From Vicugna vicugna (taxonomy: Eukaryota): a stretch of DNA of 64,000 nt. The DNA is taken from contig MU058718.1 in the NCBI GenBank assembly GCA_013265495.1, forward strand, positions 3,362,081-3,426,080, in the 5' to 3' direction. Positions 28,267 to 41,845 of the stretch are shown one piece after another. The notes below the pieces were generated by a model. It did no database searches. It saw only the letters and a program-made list of their open reading frames with translations, and was not told where the DNA came from. A program made the position numbers and the translations under genes. Position 1 is the first letter of the stretch. Each line of letters begins with the position of its first letter.

Positions 28267-29399
28267 CTGCACAGTAAAGTGATTTAAATGAGCTGCATGT
28301 AATCAAGTTATCTCTTTTTTGGAAGATGGAAAATTGGAAGACTTGTTAGAAATTGGAAAGAAATTTTGTCATTTACTTCATAAATCACTCAGCCAAAGGC
28401 AGGCAAGTGCTATTTCAAATAAGTTACTACAGAATATCACAATGCCACTTAAAGATTGTTTGTTTGTTTGTTTGTTTTGGTCCTCCACCATCAAGTCAAC
28501 AGTTCTGCAAGGGACAGGACCAGTTATCTCCAGCAGTGTTCGGGGAGAGCGAGAAGAAGGGTTCTTAATACACGAGGTCTGACACTATAACTAGCCGCCC
28601 ACCAACATCACCACCCCAAGCATCGCGCTAGAAGAAACAGAACCCAGCATTCTGGAAGCTGTGGTAGATGCTCGGGCCACACAACACGGAATAATGCTAT
28701 TTGGAGTCACTCGAGACTGTGCAGTGACAACGTAATTCATCTAGAGATAGTTTACTAAACCTTGGGCACTCAGAGAATAGACAACCCATTTCTGCCTCAA
28801 GTAAACCAAAGGCTCTGGGGGCCTTGTGAAAGCTCAGCCAGGTTCTGGGAGCCTGTGGGAACACAGCGTGGGGTGGAGGAGAGGTGGGGAGGTGGTGGGG
28901 AGGTGGATGAAGAGGGTAGATACAGAAGCACGTTCACACCGCACGGTACAGAGCCGCTGCGCCGAGGCTGAACTGAAGGCGTGAAATGAAGGGGACAAAG
29001 ATTTTAATTCATATACCAAGGCTTTACATCAGTCACCTAGTTTAAATCTCATGACAACACTAGGAAATCGATTATCCGTCCCCTTTCAGACGCCAGGAAC
29101 TGAAGGGGAAAGAAGCGGAGAGACCCCCACCAGGGCTCACGGCCTCCGCCGTCGGACACCCGGGATGCGGGATGGCCAGGGGCCGGCTTCGGCGGGCTCT
29201 TGAGAGGGAGAACCGCCCGGCGGCCTCGCGGAAACCCAGGCCCTAGTGAGGCGCCAGCGGCGGAAGGAGAAGGGAGGTCTCCGAGCGGCGCAGCTCTCCA
29301 TGAGGGGAGGCCGGCGGCAAGCGCCAGCCCCCTCGCCGCGGGGAGGGGTTTCTCACGTCCCGCTCTTGGGTAACTGCGCCGGAGGTCGGAAGGAAGCGG

Positions 29400-29645
29400 G
29401 GCGAGGGATGAGTCACCCGCCTAATTCCTCCTTCCCGGTGCCCTCGCCTCCGCACGCCGGCCCCCTCCCGAGATCGTGCAGCCAGGAGCGAAGATTCCCC
29501 TCATCCTCACTAAACCCCCTGCGGCCTGCAGAGGAGAGGAGAAGGACGGGGCGTGTGGCCAATGAGATTTCCCCTCTCCCTACCGCCGTCCAATAGGTCG
29601 CTGTTTACAGGCCGGGGCGGGACGAGGGGAGCAGGATGGGGTGGT
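29400..29645 (+). promoter_or_regulatory. TATA-less proximal promoter: AP-1 site, two CCAAT boxes, GC boxes, FOX-like site
   Basis: TGAGTCA 29409-29415; GGGGCGTG ~29548; CCAAT 29559-29563 and 29590-29594; TGTTTAC 29602-29608; GGGGCGGG 29614-29621. Confidence 0.7.
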
Positions 29646-29716
29646 CTCGGGCTGGCGCGCGGCTCCGCGGTTCGGTGGCTCACAGAGAAAGCGCCTCACA
29701 GGGAGTCGGCGCCTAG

Positions 29717-30844
<1,128 letters not shown>

Positions 30845-31309
30845 TAAACGGTGCACAGGGAAGTTGAACATCTCCAGAGAGTTGTTGCGAGGATGCGTAG
30901 AGCGGGTCTCGCCTGGGTGTCGCCTGGCGCAGGGCTCCCCCTACCCGCCGCGGATGTGCAGCTCTAGGCCGCCACCAGCGTGCGGTAAAGCAATGCGTGA
31001 CTGGGAGGACCCGCGGCAGTGCTCAGGGCCGCCTGGGACACTCCGGGCAGGTTGTAAGTCTCCGGCCGCGGTCCCCTAGGAGGAGGTGGGGGCGGTTGGG
31101 CGGCGCAGACCGCTGGGATTTGGAGCTGCTGGATAGGCTGGAGCTTGGAGTCGCGGCGGGGCGGGGACAACGCCGAGAGCGGAATACAGATGAGTCGGAG
31201 CTGGCCCAGACCCTGTGTCCGCGCTGGAAAGGATGCGGGTCTGGGTGCTTTGCGCTCAGGAGGCAAACGTGTCGGGAGTGGGGAGGAGGGGGGAAAAGGG
31301 AAACATGTA

Positions 31310-31323
31310 GTCGCCATGGCAAC
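31310..31323. promoter_or_regulatory. RFX X-box
   Basis: GTCGCCATGGCAAC, 13/14 identical to the palindromic optimum GTTGCCATGGCAAC, inside the CpG island. Confidence 0.65.
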
Positions 31324-31589
31324 ACGGCCTGAAGGCTGTGGCCCTGACCCTACCGGAGAAGATCTGGACTGGAGCGGCAGGACTGGCGGTTTCAGAGCTG
31401 TCGAGGCCCGAAAGCTAGGCAGGTGCATCTTCCCGTCTCCCAGGGGAAACCCCTCCTGCCGATTACCCACACTTATATTTATCCAGGATTCAACCCTTTT
31501 CCCCTGTCAGTAGTTGTCTGTGCAAACTTTGAGACACTTGTTTCCAAATTTCCTTCTGATCTCTTTTGACGGTGCCTCTGCCAAAGCTA

Positions 31590-32135
31590 GCTTCAGGAAC
31601 AGTGCCTTTAACAACATGTTAAGTCATGCCACTCCTCTGTTCAAAATGCTCCAATTGTCCCCCACTTTTCTTAGATGGTCCTTAAGATGGTCTACCAGGA
31701 CCTTACATGACCCATTCCCCTTTGGCCTCATGAACCTCGTTTCCTCCCATTACCTCTGCTTCAGCCACAATGCCTCTCTTGCCGTTCCTCAACCAACACC
31801 AGGCCCCTTCTGGTCCCAGGGCCTTTGCATTTGATGCTCCTTCAAGCTGAGACCAATAACCTATATCTGAATCGTTTAATCTCTCGTCTTCTTCAGATCA
31901 TTGCTCAGATGTCACCCTTACAGTGAGACCTTTCTGATCCTCTTAGTTCCCTCCCTGCTTTTTCTTATCACTGACTGGCATGCTATATATTTTAATTGTC
32001 ATGTTACTTTAGTATTTATATATTACTCAACCAACACACTTACATGAAAATAAACTTAATGAGGAAAATCTTTATAATGCTATTGCCCACACTGCTTAGA
32101 AGAAAGGAAACTACTCTTGAGAAGATGTACATGAA
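31590..32135 (+). mobile_element. LINE-2 fragment
   Basis: catgccactcctctgttcaaaatgctccaat...cagccacaatgcctc...cagggcctttgcatttg. Confidence 0.7.
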
Positions 32136-34177
32136 TTTGACTTCCACTTTTTAATAATCCACTTAATTGGAGGTGCAAAGCACAGGGCAGGGGTTCAGGA
32201 CTATCACAGGGAGGTTTTCTTCACATCATTGAGTTGCAAGCCCAAGGATGAGGTGGGGTGGTAGACGTGGTGTTCAGGCCTCAGCTGTGCCTCTCTCACA
32301 GTTTCCCAGCATTCCTTGGAGACTAGACAGGCTAGCCTTTGAGAGAGGCCCTGGGGTTAAGGCTGAAACATTGATATTTTATTTACAGCAAGAAAAAATA
32401 AAACATCACCATTTTCAGTAATGGGGGAGCTCTAACGTTTAATTTTAATATTAATTGAGCATGATCTATGTTTATAGTCATTTGTGTTCTCGCATATAAC
32501 CTATTAAACCACATTAGTACTGATGGAGACAAGTCAGCACAAATTTGAATCCCCTAGGCACATGCCCCTAATTTTCAAATGCTTTAATTGAAAAATTTTT
32601 AATGATACTTAATTTTGAACTTTTTCAAAACTTTTTAGTTCATGGCCAATTTTTTCTTCATAAATGATTTCACTCTTAAACTGCTAACTATAGCCTATGT
32701 TAAATGCCCTACAAAACTATCCTTGGAACTAAGAAATTAATCACCCTGTCTGGAAAAAAAACTTAGAGGCACACTCTAATTGCAGTGGTCAAACCACAGC
32801 ATTACTTTTCTGTGAAGAAGAACCTATACTTCATCCATTAAGACCAAAGGCAACTTTTAAATCTCTGTCAAGCCCTGTGCAGATTTGCAATGTTAAACCA
32901 TTTGTTTTATTGGTAATGGACGTTGTGAGTAGGTAGTGTGTTATGGATAGGGTTGCTGTCTGCTAAAAAAGATTTAAAGCCCTTGAGACATGACATAAGT
33001 AGGCTAGGAAGGGACTATTGGTTCATTTTTTGAAAAGGCCATTTCTTCTCTGATCTTTGGGCACATTTTTTCAAAATAGTAAATAGTCATAATTTTGTCC
33101 AGTCAATATCTAGATTATTAAACTGCCAAGAAATAATAAGGCGGAAGGATGACAGATTTTAACATTCATTTATCTGTTAGAAGAACAACAACATTACTCC
33201 CCGACCTTCTCTCCTTCATGAGGTAATGTGTTAACATTCAATTTTTTTATATAATCTATTTATCTTCCATCCTCATAAAAAGCTCATGAGCCGGAATTTC
33301 TATGCCCTTCAAAACACAGGACAGCAAAGAATTACACTAAGTAGTTCTCCTAAATTTGGGCAGTTAGTTATTAACACCAGTTATCACTAGACCTGAAAGT
33401 TTTCGTTAATATTTAGTCATTTCTAGTGATAAGGAAGACCCTGTGAATAAATGTTTCCCTCAGGCACTAAGTCATCGATCTTACACATTCAAGGCAAAGT
33501 GGCTGAAGTTTATCTTTTAAGTGGTTTTAAAAACAACTGGTTGAAATTCATTAGTTGTCAATTGACCAAATTAAAATACCTTTCAGATATATGTGGCCTT
33601 CAAAGTCCATGAAAAACAATAATGCAGGAAGTTGTCTTATAAGACAGATAGCTGGTAACACTTTTTATTTAGTATCAGCACTTGTTCTGTTCCTTAATTG
33701 AACTTAGGTTGGTATAAAAAATTGCTCAACACACCAAAAAAAGATTCTGTAGACACTTTCATATAAGCAATTGGAATCATTATTATGACTTTGTAGTTTT
33801 AGTAATTCATATTTCTAACTCTAACATTATCCTTGAATTCCTGGTATTTTATCAACCACTGAATCAGTAATATATTTGTAACCATTCCTTTGTGTTTGTA
33901 CTGTTGAGCAAGAATTTTCTTTTATCTTTCTACCCTAAACACTGGCTATTCATTGTGAATCTTATCTCAAATGTTAATTTCTCTTACCTTCTTTTTTTAA
34001 AACAAAGATTTGCAATTTAAACGTTTTAAAATAAATCATCAGTTATTATGCTTTCATCGTCAAAGTATTATGGGAAAAATTTCCATAATTTTTTAACTGC
34101 TTTGTAGTATGGTGGCATCTCATCAAACATTTGTGTAGCAAAAATGTTATTTAATATAACTAAAGTGGTGTTCAGAA

Positions 34178-34241
34178 TATATATTACATATGTGTATATA
34201 TACACACACATATATATATACACGTATATATATGTATATAT
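34178..34241. repeat. Compound (TA)n/(CA)n microsatellite
   Basis: atatattacatatgtgtatatatacacacacatatatatatacacgtatatatatgtatata. Confidence 0.85.
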
Positions 34242-35379
34242 CAGCAGTAAACACAATATAATCTAGATATTCCTGTGGTAATTGTAAGGGGTAACATATG
34301 TTCATGTTTTGTAAAATTTTTAAAAAGTTTACTTCTAGTGTAATTAGACATTCTGTGTGCAATGTAAACATTCTTACAGGTATTAAGGAGAATGTTACAG
34401 AGAAATGAATTGTTGCCCTTTGTACTGAGACAAGATAGAAAGAGCTATATTACAGGAGATCTGGGTTCTTGATCTGATGCCACCACTTATTACTTTAACT
34501 TTAAGTAAATCTCATAACCTTTCTGTGCTTCCTACTCACAGGACATAAGGTAGTTAAAACTATATTTGGGAAATATTTTGAAATAATTTGAAAAAAATAA
34601 CTTAAGTGTTTATAACTTACTAATTTCAGTTTGGCAAAATAGAAAGTTTTTGCATAAAACAGAAGTTATTATCATACTAATCAATAGTTACTGCATAAAA
34701 AAAAATCTCATCCCCCAGCTTGGGATACTTTGCTTGCTCCTTTCAGAGCACGGGGTGTAGTACAAAGGCTACTCTTTACAGTGGCCTAAAAGAATGAGCC
34801 ATATCCTCATGGATCCTCAGAGAATAGTCAGTTGAATTAAGCTCAAGGAACAGAACACTACACCTTTGTATATTAAACAAAGGTATTTTGTTTTTCAATA
34901 ATAAAGCTAAAATAACTGGTATGACTTTTTTCTAATGCTCTAATGAAGTTATTATCACTGAGAAGTAGTAGAAATTGTTCCTAAAAGATGCTATGAAGTG
35001 TAATTTCAGATCAAATCAATTTTCATAAAGTATGAGAAAATTGTCACAGCTATCTGTCATTGATTAATAAGAATAATGCACAAGGAAAAATTACCCTAAC
35101 CATGAATATAATACATTGCACTTCTCTCACCTAAACACCTTCCAAAGTGTGTGTATGCATATAACTTAACCCTGGCACAGAGGAGACTAGAACCTATTAT
35201 ATCATAGATGTTTAAGAACAAAATAATTCTAAATAATATAGTTTTTAATCAGTTTTGTCAGGGATTGTTGGTTGTAAGAAACAGAAACCCACGTAGGGGA
35301 TCTCAGAGGACTTCATGCGAAATAAAATCAACTCACAAGGAGAAGACAACCTGAAAACTAGAGATTAAGTTCACTCTCT

Positions 35380-35780
35380 GTGTATCAGTCAGCTTGGACT
35401 AAGTTATGCTGCAATAACAAACAATTTCCAAGTCTTGGTGAATTACAACAACAGCATATAATTTCTTCCTCCCACTAATGACCACTGAGAGTTGGCTGCG
35501 GCACTTCTCCACATCCTTCTTATTCTTCAACTTAGGCTGAAAGAACATATTTGGAATATGCCAAAATTATGGTAGAGAGACAGGAGCAAAGCAGAACCAC
35601 TCAATGGTACTTACAGTTTCCCCTCAGACATGCTATGTCACTTCTGCTTACATGCCATTGGCTGAAACAAGTCATGTGGCCAAGACTGACATCGGTGCTG
35701 CAGGAAATCCACTCTTCCAACAGAGAGAGGCACCAGGGAAGGGCCTTTCAGAGTGGGACAGAGAATATTTTGAACACATC
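35380..35780 (-). mobile_element. Old MaLR LTR (MLT1I/J-like)
   Basis: tgtatcagtcagctt...gttatgctgcaataacaaac...cacttctgcttacatgccattggc...gtcatgtggccaag. Confidence 0.65.
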
Positions 35781-36052
35781 ATGCAATCAGGCACATGTCT
35801 AACTCTCTCATGCCACTTCTCTTTCTCTGGATGGGCTCCCTTGGCCTGCACAAGGCCCAACATGACTCCTCTAGCCCCAGTACAGCATGGCTTTTCAGTT
35901 CAAGTGTTCACTCTCATCTAACTAGTGTCTCCGTGTCTCTTAGGCCACATTTTCATGTTTAGAGAAAACATTGGCTTTGATTGGCTCCGATTGATTCAGG
36001 AGTTTACAGATGACCATCTGGGTCACAGGCCCACCCCTCTGGTGAGGTGGCT

Positions 36053-36482
36053 GCAGAAGACTAGGGCCAGGCAAGTGAGGCACCTTGGGTGAAAAACATC
36101 AAGGGGCACCAAAAACTCAGTAATCAGGACAAAAAACCTTGTGAGGCAGTATCTTGGAAAATAAAGATGAATGCAAAAAATCCATAATGAGCAAAATACC
36201 AACATTTTAAATAAAGACAAGATCAGTAGCAGTGCCAAGCGGGGCCATACTAGAGCCTGAGTCAAAAGGGGAAATCAGTAATATTGATCCTGTCTTTGTT
36301 TAAGTTTTTGATCTTTTTGTTCATTGTGGATTTATTCTGGCATTCATTTTTATTTTTTAATTAAATTTTAATATTTTATTGCATTAAAATATTATTTATG
36401 TTTATTACTAAGGTTTTTGGCACCCCTTTAATTTCTGCTCCAAAGAGGGTGCCTCACTCTCCTCACCCTAGTGCTGGCCCTG
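36053..36482. mobile_element. Non-autonomous hAT DNA transposon (MER96B-like) with long inverted arms
   Basis: Left arm actagggccaggcaagtgaggcacc...aatgcaaaaaatccataatgagc...aaagacaagatca is complementary to right arm tgatcctgtcttt...gttcattgtggattt...gcattc...ggtgcctcactctcctcaccctagt. Confidence 0.8.
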
Positions 36483-37129
36483 ACAGACAGACACTTGATA
36501 CAAACCTGGCTCCTCGTATCACTGTTCAGCAGGAGGAGAGCCCAGGGCAGAATGCCTCTGTGAGCAGTAGGGGCAGGGAGGCACTGACCAGCACCTCTTG
36601 TACAATCTAAGAGGAAGCCATCCTGAGTGCAGAAGAAAGTCCTTTTGCTTTACCTGGATCTTCTGCATTTTAACTGCAGCACTAATTTGTTGAGCGGCTT
36701 CAAAAGTGAAACAACAGAGTTGATGATGAAGAAGTCAGACAGTGTAGAGGACACTGACAGCTGAAGCTCAGTGCTTCCTCTCCCCAATAATGCTCCACTA
36801 TCAAGCAGTTTGTGGGGCTGTTCCTACTGCTATTATGTATTCTGGTGAACGTGGCCACCTAACAGCAAAGTGGTCCCTCAGGTTGCTTGTGTATGAGTGG
36901 AGGAAGGAGGACAGAAGGTGCCAAAACATGATATTGCACTAACTTTGGGTACCTCTTTTAAAGTATGTGATTGGGTTGGGCATGGAGAGAAAGAAAACCA
37001 TATAGTTTCACTTCAGTAATTTCATCTATTTGTTAGAAGAAAGAAGAGCTAGAGTAACCATGAAGTTTAGTGTTTTTTTTTTTTTTTTTAATGTTTTGGT
37101 CTCTGTACTCTTCTTACTTAGTTAAGTGC

Positions 37130-37670
37130 TTCTTCTCTCACCACCACATACCTGCCTCTGCCCAGTCCATGTGGTTCTGCTGGGGCTGCCAACCAGGTGC
37201 TCTGCCTTCCCTGTCCAAGTTGGGGTGGGAACACGTGATATAGGCCTGGCCAATCACCACACCTCTCCCTCTGGCCAATGTGATTAATTCAGAGGATGAG
37301 CACGTGACACAAGCCAATCCAATCAGAGTCCTTCTCTGAGGGTTTTAGATACTGAGTCAGGGACAGAAGAGGCTTGCCTTCTTCTGGGCTTGTTGCAGCT
37401 AGAATAAAAGCCAGGAGCTGTCTGTGTCCATGCCTCTTCCTCCTCCTCCTCCATTAGAAGAACGTAAGGCAACCCACAGAGATACAGAGCTAAGAAGAAG
37501 AGAATTCTGAGAATGCTGTTTGAGCCCCTGAAACCCTTCATGACTGAGGCCAGCTCCCCACTCCTGCCTTTCCAGCTATGTGAGTCAACAAACTTCCCGC
37601 CTCCTTTTTCACTTCAGCTAGCTTATGTTGGTTTTCTGTCCTGACTTATAAAAGCATCTGATTTAACACA
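37130..37670 (+). mobile_element. Old MaLR/ERVL LTR (MLT1J/K or LTR16-like)
   Basis: ggccaatcaccac...cacgtgacacaagccaatccaatcagagtcc...ccagctatgtgagtcaacaaacttccc...gttggttttctgtc. Confidence 0.62.
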
Positions 37671-38710
37671 TATGAACTTTTGTTATTGAAGGTACTAATT
37701 CTTATTAATTCTAAGTATTGTCTCTATAGTACTATACTTAGAAGACTGCATTCTGATGCTATAAATACAAAACGAGCAGTTTTGATTCAATGAAGCAGAA
37801 ATTATACAATATTTAATTTAACACTACCTATTCATTTACCACTGTGTAACCTTTACTAGCTTATTGGCTAGTTTCCTCTATTCTTATCTAGAGATTGCTT
37901 ACAAAGAAGCCTAAGGGAATTTTTTTTTACCAACTCTAAATTACTTGACATATACAGTGATGTTATGTTTAAGGCCAATAGGTTGGACAAGGTGCTTGTG
38001 AAATCAAATTTCTGCCAACTTTCCAACTTGCCTGCCTCCCCACCAGCCTGCTCCCTATCCACCAGCCCTGCCCTCTACCATTTTCTTGACTAGACTAGAC
38101 CTTCCAGTCACCCGACTTAGCTTGCCAAGCCCAGCCCACCAGCCTCCACAGCCTTGCCCAAGGCCAGCCTGCCAGCCGGAGCCTGCGTGCTGCTCCTGCT
38201 CCCCGCTCCAGCAGGGTCCCTCCTGCACCAGCAGCACCCCCACCCCAGCTGGGTTTCACTACAGATACTTTTTTTCCTTAACTGTAGAAAAGTTTTCTTC
38301 ATTTTAGCTGATTCATTTTAAGCTTAAAGAGCAAGAAAACTTGCCTTGAATTTCTAGTCGTGAGTAAAGAAACATCACTGACTTTTCTGTCCTCAATACA
38401 CCTGTCTCCAGAGACCTGTCTGCACCACGGTTTTGATTCCCTCTTGTACCTAAATGTCTGAAACAGATCCAGTCATTTCAGTCCCCTTCCCTTTCACAGC
38501 ATGGTCCCAAATTCTGTCCTAGCTTCTATCCACTCTCCCTCCATTGCTCCCATCTCTGTGTTCTCACACTGAACATCCTCCCACTATATTAAAATTACAT
38601 ATTTTAGAATCTTCCACTGGACCCTAGTAACTCAAATTCATAGACTGTTTCTTGTATGTCTCTATTTCCCCCATTTCTGCACTTAGAAGATGTTTTAAAA
38701 GGTTTGTTTA

Positions 38711-39019
38711 GAAACAGACTCACAGACATAGAAAACAAACTATGGTTACCAGGGGAGAAGGGGTTGGGAAGGAATAAACTGGGAGTTCGAGATTTGCAGA
38801 TATTGACTAATATATATAAGATGGATAAACAAGTTTATACTGTATAGCACAAGGAACTATATTCAATATCTTGTAGTAGCTTATAGTAAAAAAGAGTATG
38901 AAAATGAATATATGTATAGTCATGTATGACTGAAGCATTGTGCTGTACACCAGAAGTTGACACAACATTGTAAACTGATTATACCTCAATAACAAAAATT
39001 GAAAACCAACCAACAAACA
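38711..39019 (+). mobile_element. LINE-1 3' end (artiodactyl type) with 14-bp TSD
   Basis: Typical 3' UTR (acagactcacagacatagaaaacaaac...ctgtatagcac...aacattgtaaac); TSD AAAAGGTTTGTTTA 38697-38710 / AAAAGATTTGTTTA 39020-39033 at a TT|AAAA site. Confidence 0.88.
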
Positions 39020-39159
39020 AAAAGATTTGTTTACTGAAAAAGAGACTCAGTGAGAAGATGATTAAGAATTAGTAACATATCCCATTATTTTAAGTTTCTT
39101 ATATGAGCCTGACAGTAATAATTAAATTCGAAAACCTGTATTTCATGCTTTTTGTTAAA

Positions 39160-39350
39160 AACATTTCTGAGCACTCACTCTGTGCCAGATACTGTACTAA
39201 GTCCTTCCTAGGCACTTTCTTATTTAATCCTCAGAATCCACACATCTTCCTATGAGAAAACCAGGGCACAGAAAGGTTATAAAGTTGTACCGGTTGTAAG
39301 TGGCAGAGCCTGGCTTTGAATCCAGGCTGTATGACTCCAGATTTCCTATG
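39160..39350 (-). mobile_element. MIR
   Basis: tgagcactcactctgtgccagatactgtactaag...gtggcagagcctggctttgaatccagg. Confidence 0.7.
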
Positions 39351-41529
39351 TGGAACTGCTGTTCTGTCCTACCTTCTGATAATCACAGGAAATACATGAC
39401 CTGCAGAGCACGGTTTTATGGTCTTATGCGTTATAATGACATAACAAATAAATGAGATCTTTTAGTTCTCATGTATGAAAATTACTGGGAAATTAAAAGC
39501 CATTTGTCTCCTAAGTTTCCTTGTGACAAAATAAATTTAAAGAGGAAAATGCAAGATGGAGGGAAAGGGTCAGATAAGTATGTTGAGGATTCCATAGACC
39601 AGATCAGTGAAGTGTACTAGGCTGACCAGATCACCTCTGCCTCCTTGTCAGAACCAAGCAAGGGACAGATAGGCAGTAGGGTTCTATCAGCTTAGCCATG
39701 GATTCATTGTCTCTCTCCCAACAAAATAGTCATCTTAAAATTTACAGACAGAAATGATACAAAAGAATAAGTAGATTTTGGGGAACATTTTAAGTATCTT
39801 TATTTCTATAGATCTAAGACATTTATAAGTCTATCCTGGAAAACATAAAAATATGTTCAAATCTGTAAGTGGGTATTAACTCTATGTTTATTTCAGTTTT
39901 TTCTTGTGTCCTTTGCTGAGATGGTTGAAAAAATTAAATGTATATTCCTGTTCAAGAAAAGACTTGACCTGCCTTTTACCCAAAATATAAAAAGAAATAT
40001 ATGGCCTGGAAAAGCCTATTGTTTAAGAATGGATTAAAGCACAGCCAAATAAAATTGTTTTCCATAAGCCTTGTACAGAACCAGAACTGTGTGTTTTATA
40101 ATAATATAGTTCTGGTCAAAGAAGAAACTATTCCTTAAAGAATTACCTTTTGAATTAGAAAGCTGAACATTGTCCTTTAGTTCAATAGCCTAAGGGAATA
40201 GCCACTTTCTGTCATTAGCCAGTACACATAAACGGTTAATCCTCTTCTACTGCTGATTTATTCATGTGAAGCTGACTTTCCGGCCAGATAGCATCAATTC
40301 GGCTTTATTGAGATTTTCTTTCATCCTCTCTTTACTCTTACTTTGCTTGCATTTTGCATTTTAAGAAGCAACTGACACCAAACACTTATCACTCTCTCCC
40401 ATGCTCCAGGAAAAGCCTGCGAGAGGACCTTGCTGCTCTGATCTCTGCTGTGCATTAGTCTAAGACATTATCTAGTCTCTGAACAAAGCCAGTTGCAGAG
40501 AGAAGTGAATCTCAATACAGGGGATTCTAACTAAGGCAGGTCTTCATAACAGGCCTTTTGATTTTGTAGGGAACAAATGCCTGAAGGTCAAGTATACACA
40601 GATTCAGTTGTAATTATAACTGACCCAAAGCCAAAGGGAAATGACTCTATAACATAATCTACCATTTTTGATCACCTGTACTTTAATTTCTTTGCATCAG
40701 TGCAAGTAATCAACAGCTGATTTTGCTAGCAGATTTTGTAGTCTGTTACACCGTGCTACTGGTGATATTTATGCCATCACCCAGACACACCAATTTATGA
40801 ACTTGATAAAGTGGTGTCACTTATTCTGTGCCACCCCCCACCTATCTATGAAATGTTATCCCAAGAGCATTAGTCACGTAAAATCAAATGTAGAATTGGA
40901 CTTCCATCCAATCTAATAAATCTTACATGGCACAGATAAATCCATGGTGTTTTTAACAAGCAGTTGTTATTGATTTTACTGCCCATCAATCATCTGGTCA
41001 AGTCCTAGCAAGAAAATATGATGAACAGCTTTCAGCACTCAGTCAATGCAGTATGAAGAAGCTTGATGTTTACATTCAACTCATGTTTTCTGGCTAACTT
41101 CTGCCATTATGGAAGCAAATCTGCCACTGGTGGAACTAAAATATTATTCAGAATTAAATCAAATTGTCTCTACATCTTGCTTTGAGGAACAAGATATATG
41201 GAATATAGACGCTTCTATGAGCACTGAATTTCCAGGCTGGCTTCAACAAGCATGATAAGCAAGTGTACGGTGTAACTACCATTCTCTTTCTGTTCAAAAA
41301 TAGCACCTTCTCCCCTGAACTAGGAAGGATTGCTCTGGTCACTGCATATAGAGATTTTTGTGGAAGAGTTTGAATTGATAGTAAGGTCCTGTTATGTAGG
41401 CACAAAACATACTACTAAATATTGGTATTAATTGTCAAATCAACACAAACATTTTATACTAATTTTTAAAATACCATCAAGCCAAAGAGAAAATTAATGC
41501 TTCTGGCAGTGAGAATATCTTTGATTCTT

Positions 41530-41845
41530 ATTTTCCAAATAAGCTACATTATCTTACATTCTTACCAGCAATGTATGAGGGTTCCAATTTCTCCATATCC
41601 TCACCAACACTTATTATTGTCTGGCTTTTTGACTAGAGCCATACTAGCTGATGTGAAGGGGTGTCTCATTGTGGTTTTAATTTGTAACTACCTAATGACT
41701 AGTGCTGTTGAACATCTTTCCATGTGTATATTGGCTATCTTTATATCTCTTTTAAAGAAATGTCTATTCAGAGCCTTTACCCATTTTTAAATTGGGTTGC
41801 TTCTCTTTCATCATTGAGTTGTAAGAGTTCTTTATATATTCTAAT
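41530..41845 (-). mobile_element. LINE-1 ORF2 fragment (L1M)
   Basis: cattcttaccagcaatgtatgagggttcc...ctcattgtggttttaatttg...gaaatgtctattcag, the antisense of the ORF2 C-terminal region. Confidence 0.82.
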
